Made by a program: the position numbers and the translations under genes
Source of the DNA: Amphiscolops sp. MND2022
Taxonomy: Eukaryota
Assembly: GCA_964187785.1 (NCBI GenBank)
Contig: OZ076415.1
Location: 67,146,001-67,210,000 of the forward strand
Length of the DNA: 64,000 bases
Reading direction: 5' to 3'
Notes under the pieces: generated by a model
The model's database searches: none
What the model saw: only the letters and a program-made list of their open reading frames with translations
What the model was told of the DNA's origin: nothing
Part shown: in pieces, positions 25,101 to 35,599 of the stretch
How the letters are laid out: each line of letters starts with the position of its first letter
How positions within the stretch are numbered: the stretch's first letter is position 1

Positions 25101-26472
25101 TAATTGTAAATACCCCGTAGTGCAGCATGTGCATAAATCGAAAAACGTATAGTGTCGTATGATCGTTTGCTCAAATCCGCACAGAGACGCATAGTCACCA
25201 GCTGTAATCCGCATAGTTGTGTATAATCATTTGTTGAAATCCGCATAGTGACGCGTAGTCACCGGCTGGAATCCGCATAGTTATGTATAACCATTCAGGT
25301 AAAAGCGTAGTATGGTGAGGATTGTTTCATTTATTGGAGACTTTTGACCGACTTTCTCATGTGTTTCATATAACTCAGCCTTCACCGAGGTCCGTGATCA
25401 ATTTGGTGCTGGATTTCGATTGTATAATCAGTACGCCGTTTTTGTATATAGTCAATTACGAAACAATTTACCCGACAGTTTCCTCGGTAGCATTTCCGAT
25501 TGGGAGAAGTATTTGAGTATCGACCTGAGTCAACCCAATCTTCCCTTCAAGACTCCAGACGAGTTCATTCTGAATTCCGAATACCACAATCTCGTCAGTA
25601 CAAGCAAGCTTCCTAGGCCTGGTGTATTCGTTGAACAAACTATTTCGTTCTGCAAGGCATTCTGTGGGATATTGCTGTCCCACGAAATTATTAAATCCGA
25701 TCTAATTCGAGGGCTTGCATGTTTCGACTCTGCAGTTATGTTACATGGATCCGAGGACCAGTATGTTGCCGCCGTTGAGTGTCTCACTGGTCATTTCGTG
25801 GAGATTGGGTGGTTGAACCTCAGTGAGAAAACAAAATCGGTCAGCCAGTATCGATCACTTGTGTCAAAATTCCGGACTGTCAACATGGGACAAGTCGAGG
25901 ATTGGTTTCAATTCCTCGTCTCTCATTACGAATTGCAATGCCGGCCTGAGCTACATAAGCTATTCAAGCTATCTAGTTTGTGTCTTCCCCCGTTGGTAAA
26001 GATCCCAGCAGCCTTCGTAATCCCGATACCCGAGTTGGGTACTGTTGAGGAATCATTCCGATCTTGTATAGGGGCTATACAGCTTTCATACTCTACAGTG
26101 CCCAATGTCTCGAGCTTGTACCAGGATCCCCGCGCCATTTCAAGAGTCTTTCGTCTACTAGGAAGAGGGAAGGAGCTTCTGGAGGACCGAAAATTTTCCA
26201 TATGGAATTTTTTGAGAGGTAATGGAGCAAAAAGGTCAACTCTTTGCACCAAGTTTGAAAGTGCATACAAGCGTTCGGTTGTGGCTCCTGATGATAAGAA
26301 GCTACCAGATGACGGAGATATCACTTGTGGCAGTGGTCCCAGTACTAGTAACAATTCTCCATCTCCCCGCTCAGTTTTGGGAAAAGCTACTCTCTCTCTG
26401 ACTCGTTGTGCAGGTGACAATTCCGCTAACCAAAAAGCCAAGTCCAAAGGGACTAAAGGGAAGAAAGACTGA
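22121..26472 (+). pseudogene. Multi-exon antisense gene inside element 2: C2H2/BED-like zinc finger, hAT-transposase-like fold (tentative)
   Basis: Phase-consistent GT-AG joins: 22121-22217, 22501-23832, 23911-24395, 24480-24614, 24686-?; last long ORF ends 26472. ZnF CRVC-x16-H-x5-H. Frameshifts near 23163, 24250 and 25410. Confidence 0.75.
25173..25298 (+). repeat. 64-bp tandem duplication rich in ATCCGCATAG
   Basis: Units start at 25173 and 25237, each with two CCGCAYA motifs. Confidence 0.8.
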
Positions 26473-26666
26473 GAAATATTTCTTCTAGTTTCATTTTGAG
26501 TTCTCTTGTTTCGTGTTATATAGTTTTTCATCGTTGTATTTATTTGTCCATCCACTGTATTATTGGGATGAATGTTTTATGTTTATCAACAATCTGAATT
26601 GAACGAAAAGAAGCATAGTCGGCGAGTATAGACCGACAGAAGAATGATAACCTTCAATCTGTTTTT

Positions 26667-29600
26667 CTAGTATCTATAAGAGTCAGAAAAGTTTGGGTTG
26701 GGATTAGGTCGTAAGTTATATTTTTCACCACGAGTATTTATGGGTTCTTCTTGCAATGGGGTATTTTCTGAATTTTCTGGGGTTTTTTGGGTTTGCGTTT
26801 CTGGTGTATTTTCTTTTGAGGTTTTTTGGGAGATTTCTTATTCTTCATCTTGGATTTCTTGTAGATTTTCATCACAATTTTCTTCTCCGCGTTCAGTGGT
26901 CTGTTCCACTGGGCTCCCCCCACCATTTTTTGGAAATTTGGGGGAGGGAGGGTGGTTATTTTCAGGTACTTCAACGGGTACATATTCAATATCATCAGTA
27001 ATTTGTGTATAATCTGGAGGGCTTTCCTCAAATGGGTTAGGCCCAAAATTGGTGTTCCATGATTGGGCATATAAGTCATCATGTGCCACTGGCATTTGAT
27101 CATCTTTTTGCCAATCAGATTCTCGTACTAAAATATCGGCTAACGGTGCTTGCGGTGTGAATTTTCTCAACCTGATTCTATGTAAAAGTTGTGTTTTATT
27201 TGTTCCCAGTCTCCTAACTATATAATTGTTATTAGGAAGGACTTTTTCGACTTTGTAAGGACCCTGCCATCTGAATTCCCGAAATGGTATTTTTGTTGCT
27301 TGTGTGTCAGCTTTCGGGTTTAAAATATAGCAGTAGTCCGTTGTTTCTAACGGTGATGCTTTTGCTTTCCTATCATAATAGGCTTTGTATTTGAGATAGG
27401 ATTGCATTATGTTCTTTTTGGTCTGGTCTAAAAGTATTCTCATTCGTCGTTGTATTTCTTCTGCAACGTCAGTTTGGGGTTGGTATTTCGGATTAGGATT
27501 GTATCCTAACTTGTAATCCAGTATGTTGTGCGGGATGCGGCCATGAAAAACTCGTGAAGGCTCGCAACCAAGCGATGCATGATAGGTTGTGTTGTGGTTT
27601 AGTACTGCTAACGGGAGAAATTTATGCCAGTTATGTCGAAATTCTCCAGTTGCTGCTTTGAGTTGGGTTTTGACTGACGCATGTGTTCTTTCCAGAAGTC
27701 CTATTGTTTGAGCATGTTTCATTGTTGCATGTTTTAGCTCAACACCAAGGACAGCTGTAACATCATGGGTTACTTGAGCATTGAATTGTGTGCCAAGATC
27801 TGTGATGATTGTTGTTGGAAGGTATGTATGTTTGCATAATATGTCCATTATCACTCTGGCTACTGATGTTGCAGTGATGCGGGTCACTGGGTATGCAAAC
27901 AGGTATCGAGAGAAAACATCTATCGCTGTTATTATATGGTCATATCCACCACTGGGTGGTAGATTTGGTAGAATGTCCATTTGAAGAATGTCTTCAGTGC
28001 CGAGATCCCACTCTGGGCAATTAAGTAGTTCGGTCCTGAGGAGGTCATTATTGATCCTTTTGGTTTGTATGCAGGTTTGGCAATTACTCACCCATTTTTT
28101 AATGTATTTTGCAATACAAGGGTAGTAGTATTTCTGCCGTACTTCTTGTATCATCTTTGTGATACCCGGATGGTTTGAGTTATGACCGTGTAAGGCTTGA
28201 AGTAGTTCTTCTAGGAGCTGTGTTGGTAACAAAATCTGATAGTGCGAGGTGGTTCCTGTGTCGGTGTAGTACCTTCTCGTTAGAACCTCTTGCTTGATTT
28301 CGATTCTGGTTATGTTTTGGAGGTAATGCTGATATCTGTAATCAGATGCCAAGTCGTTTTCATCAAAGGGGTTTCCTTCTATTCTAGCTCTGAGGTTCCT
28401 AAGGACAATGTCATTGTTTTGTTCGAGTCTAATTCTGGCATTGTCTCGGAAATGCCCTTCAGAGCATGTGTTTAAGCCTGATGTCGGTTTGTGAAATTGT
28501 TGAAGTTCAGTGACATTGTTTTCTGGGTCATTGTGAGTCTCAGTTTGAGCTTGATTTCTCACGTTTTGCTTTTCTTCCCAAAGTTTGTTTTCGTCAAATT
28601 CATCATCGGGAAGGATGTAGATTTGTTCTTCTTCTACAATACCAGAAGATTGTATATTGACTTCTATCGCTTTGGTTTGGATATCGTTTCTTATGCTCAT
28701 TTCAAGTTTTTCAACTGGGTTGACTTCCGTTCTGGATAGGAAATCCGCCGCCGTATTCATTGAACCAGCAACATGGGCAATGACAAAATTGTATTGTAGG
28801 ACATAATCGCATGCGTTCCAAAGTGCTGGAGGAATGAGTTTTGCTTGAAAAAAGCGTGTTACAGATCTATTGTCGGTGAACACTATGACTGGAAAAGTGC
28901 TTCACCACATGAGGTGTCCAAATTCAACAAAAGCAAAGTATATGGAAAGGAATTCTTTCGCATAGATCGACAATTTTGTTTGTGTTGGGTTGAAGGTTTT
29001 CGAACCAAATGCTATGGGTGCATATGTTTTGCGTTTGGACTGGAGTTTTTGGCTGGGATCGTCTTCTATCATGATAGCATATCCTGCTGCTGTAAAGCTT
29101 GCATCAGACATGACTATGAGTTGTTTGTCTTTGAGAGGTTGTCTCAAGGCTAATTGGCAAGAGTTTTCGAGAAGTTTGTTTAGGTTGGAGAAGTCTTCCA
29201 CCAAGTTCGTGGGTACATAGAATTTGGAGGTTTCTTTGAGGAGTTTGAAGAACGGCAATAATCGTTCAGAAAGTCTCGGGATGTAATTGCGGTAATAGTT
29301 TAGGAATCCTATGTACCTTTGGAGTGCTTTTTTGGATTTGGGGAATCTCAATTTCGACAAAAAATCTTTGACTTTGTCGGCTTGAGGGGCCACGCCAACA
29401 GGTGTGATTGTGCGGCCTAGAAAATCTACTTGTTTGACACCGAAATGACATTTGGACATTGTGAGTTTTAGACCAGCATTTCGGATACATTCAAAGACCG
29501 TCCTGATGTTGGCGCATAACTGTTTTAAGTCATTTGCTGCTATACCAATGTCATCGACATACTGTGCACATTGGTCAGCTTTGATCGCCTTGTCAAGGTA

Positions 29601-31546
29601 CTCCCTCATGAAGCTAGAAAAAGCCGAGAGAGATCTGCTAAGGCCTTGAGCGAGTCGGCGATAAGCAAAGGTTCGGCTTGCAAAGTTGAAAGCAAGCATC
29701 TGAATGGATTGGTAGTCTGCCATTTGAAGGCAGTGGTAAGCTTGGGAGCAGTCTAATTTGCAGAAAAGTTTCTTGCCTGCCATGTGTTGTGCTGCATCCG
29801 ACAGTGTGCTTACCGGGTGGTTATTGTTGATGTAGTCTTCGGTGATTAAATTGTTGATTTTTCTGAGATCCACAAGTAGTCTGAGGCGTCCATTTGGTTT
29901 GCGTTGTGCAAAAATTGGACTAGCGTATTTTGAAAAAGGTAGGGTTGTTATGATTCCATATTTGTGTAGAAGTGCTAGTTCTACGGTAATGTCATCTTTG
30001 AGGTTGATTGGTGTTGGCAAACTTTGGCTGTAGGCTGGTCGATCATCGTTTGGTGTGAGTTTAACCTTGAATTCACGATTGGTGCCAATGTCGAATCGGT
30101 GTCTGGCAAAAATATCGTGAAATTCAATGAGGATTTCTTCAATTTGTTTCTGTTCTTCTTGGCTGAGCGTTGTGTCAGTCCAGTCGAAATTCGAGAGGAA
30201 AGCTTTTCTTGATTTTGCATCGTCTTGTGGGTTGAGTTGTTCAAGTTCTTTGAGCTCAAGGAGTTCATTGTATATTTGTTGTTGGATTGGGGTATACGTT
30301 GTAGGATCCCCTGGTTCTTCTGGTGTTGGGAACCAGTAAGATTCTTGTTCGGGGTTTTGTGAAGGAACTTTCAGTAGTTCATTTATGTAGATCTCGGTTG
30401 TTTCTTCATGTTGTATCATGAATGACAACATCGCTGGATCTACAGGTTGTATATGTTTGATTTGTTCTGGTGTGAGGATTTTGAAGTCTGCTAAATGGGT
30501 GTCATAAACTATTGTATATGGGAGTTCTGAAAAGTTGATTATTTGGTACCCGATGGCATTATTGTTGACCGTGCTAAGTGACGATGTGATGAAAATGCTG
30601 TCGTGGCTTTCGAATTGTGGTGAGGGTGTGACTATTCCTGTTGCATCGTGGTCTAACAGGTGGGGCATTCTGCTTGCTATGGCGAGGGTTTCACCTGGTT
30701 GAAGGGTGTATGTATTTTCAGCAAACAATGGTGTTGTTTGACGCATTGTTACTTGTGTGTCTGGTTTTAATTGCATTGAGAGGTATGGAAAAGTTAGGAT
30801 GCCTTGTGTGACATCAAAAACTGCATTGTTTCTGCGAAGGAAGCAGAGACCAATGAGTGGGTTTGGTAGGTTTTTCATGATGATGAAGTTTTCTCGTAAC
30901 ATGAAATCAGCCACTTCGAATTCAAGTAGTACTGTGCCGATTGGTACTTCTAGTTGACCATTGGCCACCATAATTTGGAAATTTGGCGGTGGGCCAGTAT
31001 CTTTTATTGCTTCATTTGCAATTAATTTGATTTTGTTAAGGTCCTGTTCGGAGATTGCACTAGTCAGGGCTCCTGTGTCAATGAGTCCGTCAAGTGTGAG
31101 TTTTTCGAAGTCCATTGGCATGTAGTACATGTGACGTTTTCGTTTCAATGTTAGCGAGGTTGACATAGGTAGGTATGACAGGTTGCGTTCCTGGTCAAAC
31201 TGGATGTGGTTTGTGAGATCTTCATCTAAAAGGGGTTGTTTTTGTTCATTGCAAGAGAAAGTACTCGGGTGATGAATTTCTGGTGAAATGTCTGTAGGTA
31301 CAGGGGGGTTTGAGTGTTGTCTGAAAAATACTTGTCAGGAGCATCTCTCATGAGTTCATAGTATGATTCCTGTGGGGGTTCATCGTTGTCGGGGTGATCG
31401 TGTGTTTGAGGTGTGTAGTCTGGTTCTGTAGTCAGTTGTTTAAGTTGTATGTTTATTGTATCCACTTGACGCTGCCAGTCGTCTTGTGGTTTGGTAGTTG
31501 TTATTTGGGCGTTTTGTTTGTTAAGGCGTGGCGTTTCTAGTTTAAA
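26667..31546 (-). pseudogene. pol: Pol of element 2 (PR-RT-RH-IN), nearly intact
   Basis: LIDTGA, LDCSQAY, YVDD, SDAS, HHCC, GPYKV. Entered by T TTA AAC at 31546-31540. 1-nt loss in a G6 run ~31303; stops at 28902 and 26838; terminal YNLRPNPNP motif. Confidence 0.93.
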
Positions 31547-33228
31547 TCCTTGGAAGAGGATTGTTGAGGTCGTTCTATTTTTGGTTTTATAGGTTTTCTA
31601 GCTTGTTTGTAAGCTTCGATAACCTTCTTTTGGGCTTCGGTGAGGTTCCACTTCGGTGGTCGGTTATCCATGTTGGCGCCGAAGTAGCCGTTTTCTTCCT
31701 CATGACCTGGTGTATTGCAGTTTTGGCATTTTTCTGCATCCGGGTCATCTTCAAGTTTACGCCGTTTTGCTAACTTGGGGCAGTCAGCCATCATATGACC
31801 TGTCTCCTTGCAGTAACGGCATTGGTCATTTTTAAGTGTCTTGTTGGGTACTGTTTTTGGAGTCTGAGCTTTAGACTTCTCATTTTGTTTTTTAGTTGGT
31901 TTTTCAGTATTTTGTTCTTTTTTGGTGACGGTCATTTGGGTCTTGACCGAGGTTTCGTCTGCTTCCAAACCATTTAGCTCCATCTCCCTCTCGAGATGTT
32001 TAACGATCTGGTCGTATGTGCCGTTCTCGAGATAGGCTTGGTTGATGGATTTTTTAAGGTGAGGGGGCATCTTTGCATAGAGTAGGTTCTCTATCATCTG
32101 GTGTGCGGTATCTCCGAAAGCTTTTTCAGCGCTTTCTTGGAGTTCTTCAAGGAAATCCGGTAATTTTTGGTTTTCGGGATCGAAGAAAAGTCTATTGAAT
32201 CGGTGCTTTGCTGAGGCACTGGATTCTGGTTTCACGTATTTTCTGCGAAAGACTTTTAGAATGTCTTCCAGTGTGGTAGATGGCGTTCTTTGTATGTTTT
32301 TGAATGTTTTTAATGCCAAACCTCTGAGGTGTGCGTGAAAGTGGTTAATTTTCATTTCCTCTGTTAGATTCGGCTGCATGCGAAGTGTTGTATGAAACAG
32401 GTCTTCAAAGTATTCAAATTTCTCGTTTTTCTCGTTTTTTCCATTGAATGTCAGTGTGTTTTTCGGGTGAAAAAGTGATTGTTGTGAGTTTTTATTGGCC
32501 AGTTTCTCGATTGCTTGTGCAATTTGATTAACTGGGTCAAGGGGTTTATTTGTCAATGTTGACGTTGTTTGATCTGCGTGGGATCCAACTGTATCATTTA
32601 AAGACTGAGGATTTTGGGAGCTTTGTCTATGGAGTTGTCTGTTGGTTCCTGTCACCATGTGATAATCCTCCTCCTCGGAGTCTCCTTCTGATATTATGGT
32701 TTCGTCTAAGTTCGGTTCATTTTGACAAAGTGGTCTAGCAGGATTCCTTAATTCTCTCATGTCAGAGGCTCTGAGGGGATGATCGTCCTCATTTTCAGTA
32801 TCTGATTTTTCTATGTTTGATGCGTGAACTCCATTAGACCTAATACTTTTGGATCCCGAAGGTTGAGAGTTTTGCATTTCATTAATTTCAGATCTGGGAT
32901 TTGTTATTGTTGATGTTGTTTTGGTTGTTCTTATTTCTTTCAAAATTGCATCAAATTTGTTCTCCATCTCTTCTCTCATTTTCATTATCCTGTCATTGTT
33001 CTTTTGTTCAAAGTTCTCTGTCCAAACTTGGATTTCGTTACTGATTTGACTAGGTTCTATCAGACTAGATCTGTTCTCGTTTTCACCTAAAGGTTCCTGA
33101 ATAACAGTACTAACATTAGTTAAAGTTTCATTACCTTGCATTGGCGTTTCTACTTGTGTTTCACTCAATTCTCGCTCAGGTGAAGGTGTTTCATGCCTTC
33201 TAGATCTTCTGTTTCTCTTATTTCCCAT
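31537..33228 (-). CDS. gag: Gag of element 2, starting inside the 5' LTR
   Basis: ATG 33228, open to stop 31537. Capsid-like region, CRYCKETGHMMADC knuckle and a second degenerate knuckle. Confidence 0.88.
   Translation of the reverse strand: MGNKRNRRSRRHETPSPERELSETQVETPMQGNETLTNVSTVIQEPLGENENRSSLIEPSQISNEIQVWTENFEQKNNDRIMKMREEMENKFDAILKEIRTTKTTSTITNPRSEINEMQNSQPSGSKSIRSNGVHASNIEKSDTENEDDHPLRASDMRELRNPARPLCQNEPNLDETIISEGDSEEEDYHMVTGTNRQLHRQSSQNPQSLNDTVGSHADQTTSTLTNKPLDPVNQIAQAIEKLANKNSQQSLFHPKNTLTFNGKNEKNEKFEYFEDLFHTTLRMQPNLTEEMKINHFHAHLRGLALKTFKNIQRTPSTTLEDILKVFRRKYVKPESSASAKHRFNRLFFDPENQKLPDFLEELQESAEKAFGDTAHQMIENLLYAKMPPHLKKSINQAYLENGTYDQIVKHLEREMELNGLEADETSVKTQMTVTKKEQNTEKPTKKQNEKSKAQTPKTVPNKTLKNDQCRYCKETGHMMADCPKLAKRRKLEDDPDAEKCQNCNTPGHEEENGYFGANMDNRPPKWNLTEAQKKVIEAYKQARKPIKPKIERPQQSSSKDLN
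32640..32657 (-). promoter_or_regulatory. Primer binding site of element 2 (inside gag coding sequence)
   Basis: TGGTGACAGGAACCAAC abuts the LTR end TCACA. tRNA not identified. Confidence 0.65.
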
Positions 33229-34281
33229 GGTTCTCAAGTGAAAATGTGTTGGGTTTGCTGGGGAAGAATTTGAATTCAGCTGAGATTTTCGACAAAACAA
33301 ATTGGAAAATGAGACAACTGTTGAATATGAGAAACTGCTTTTACAACGGTTTGGAGTGTGGGTTTTATCAACTGTTTTCAGCGAGAGTTATTTCAAAGAA
33401 TGATTGGGGTTTAAGGTCCTGAGCACAAGGAAAAAATGGTGGGGATTACACCCGTTTTTATGGGTGTCATGGTCTTCATATTCTATAAAAAGGATTACAT
33501 CATGTGTCGTAATTCTATTTATAACTCTAAATATACGTTGCATGACAAGCAGAAACAAGTATTGTACAGCTACAGCAAAAACCCTGGAAAACTGCATAAT
33601 GACGTATATACGGTCTTAAATTTCCGCATACCAACGAATAATCACAATGCAATAATGATATAACACCGTATGATGGGAAACGCGGAAAACCGCATATTGA
33701 CGTATAAGCGCCGGCGATTTTCCGCATAGTGACGTGTAAATATCACTGTGACAATGTATCAAGGAAATTACTGTTTTCCGCATGGTGCCGCATAAGCGGT
33801 GGTTAAAATCCGCACATTGCAGTATATGCGTTAGAAATTTTCCGTATGATGGTGTATAATTGTTAATCACAAACAGCATGATGAAGTGTATTCATTTTCA
33901 CATTTCCGTACTGTGACGCATACTCATTGATTTGAAAAGTCACGTTTAGATTAATCATTGCTTCCATTCAGAGATTATGGCCTAAGTTCAACTAAACAAC
34001 TCAATATTTCAAGCAAAATTAGGGTGAAAAGTTAAGAAAGCTTGGTCAACATGCCTTAATTCGCATCTGGCTTCCACAATTCCACCAAAGAAACTATAAA
34101 ATAAATATTTACATGACTTAATTCGTTGGTTAGGGTAAACAACGAGACAATAAAAGCAAAGAAATAAAGGGGGAAGGCAGTTTATTGAGTTTCATCAAAT
34201 TGAGTTTGTCTTTCAGGCTGCTTCTCTGTTTTCCTTTTTACTCTTGCAGAACAGGCCCAGAGCACCCATGAGGCTGCGACA
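32658..34281 (-). repeat. 5' LTR of element 2
   Basis: Copy of 18149-19773, followed by the PBS and flanked by the TSD. Confidence 0.95.
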
Positions 34282-34858
34282 ACTTGTTTTGAAATTGGAA
34301 ATACATTGTGATATCTTTTGGATTTCTTGATAAAAATTTGGCGTTTTCGTGGAACACTTGGTGAGAACATTGGCGAGTTTCTTAACAAGAGCGCAAAGAA
34401 TATGTACGACCTTGCAAGATCTTGTCAAGAGTTTTAACAGAGAAGCTGACGAATGTGAATGAAAATGAACAACAACAGTCAACTGTGGCTAGATCAGCGT
34501 ACATATAACCTCGCAGCCGTTTACGCTACCAACCAAGCAATCACGTCCTAAAATTAAACATTTAGGCAACTTTCCGCTTCCAAAATGATAGATTTCAAAC
34601 GGAAATCATTTTAATTTTAGGAAGATTGCACGAAGAAATGAGACTAATTGGGAAGTTTAAGGCCAACAACTCAATTACGTGATTGGTGAGCTAGAAGGAA
34701 AACGCATAATTTATTGTAGACAGAAATTGGATATAAAATGCCTAACATTTCTGTAGAAAATTGAGAAATTTCTTTCATAATACCTTAAGAAAAAACTTTT
34801 TCAAGTTCTCACAGACTTTTTTCTTCCAAGTCATCAGGAAAACAATTCGGTCTAAATA

Positions 34859-34938
34859 CACTATTGTTCACTAAAGCTGTTGACAAATGCAATCTCAAGT
34901 GCTTGTCAACTTGTCAACAGCTTTAGTGAACAATAGTG
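34859..34938. mobile_element. 80-bp Tc1/mariner-type MITE
   Basis: Perfect inverted arms CACTATTGTTCACTAAAGCTGTTGACAA around a 24-nt spacer, flanked by TA on both sides. Confidence 0.7.
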
Positions 34939-35599
34939 TATATATTTGATGGATTTGATTTCCATATTTGCAACTCTTCAAGAGTCATTCCTGGGGGTGA
35001 TCAGAAACTGGGGGAAAGATTCTCAGGGATACCCGGTTGAAGATGACGACAACTTCCCGGAAAATGTGAGCGACATGCAACTGCTGAAAGTGCTCAAAAT
35101 GAATTACATTGCTTGCGACGAGGAATGCCAAACTATCTCGTATTTGCGTGTGCAGTCTGAAATTCGGACACTTCGATAAAGTTTCGTGAACCAAATAACA
35201 CGTTGTCGAGATACGTTTGCTGAACAATTTAGCTGAAAGTCATCAATCGTAATTTGAAGTCGTCTTTTATATGATTTCAATGACATTGTTCTGTAAAGTA
35301 ACGCCTACTGTTGACGCAGCAGATACTGAAAGACGTTTTATATTCAAAAATTCTAATATTGAGTTCACTGATTATGATATCGCACCAATTAAAGACACGT
35401 GCTTCTCATTGATGTTGTAAATTTGTTCACTCATGTAATCTGAATCATTCCTTTCTTCTTTCTTCACACTGTTCAGGCGCTGTAACTCTACTAAAAATAA
35501 AAGTCATCAGACTAATCACTTTTGCTCTCCCAAAAACGAAGACAATCACGACATTAATTGGTGCCACTGCACCCCGGGAAGAACCGAATCAGCAACAAA

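Larger units (their letters stand above)
18149..34281 (-). mobile_element. Gypsy/Ty3-type LTR retrotransposon (element 2), 16.1 kb
   Basis: Two ~1.62 kb LTRs (~99% identical), 5-bp TSD ACTTG at 18144-18148 and 34282-34286, gag and PR-RT-RH-IN on the minus strand. Confidence 0.96.

Noticed and set aside
20800-26660. Independent nested hAT transposon inside element 2
   Set aside because: No TIR pair or 8-bp TSD seen by eye, and the block shares the CCGCATA arrays with the LTRs. Not fully excluded.
26698-33300. Numerous short ORFs antisense to gag/pol of all elements
   Set aside because: Shadow frames of real coding sequence with no independent motifs.
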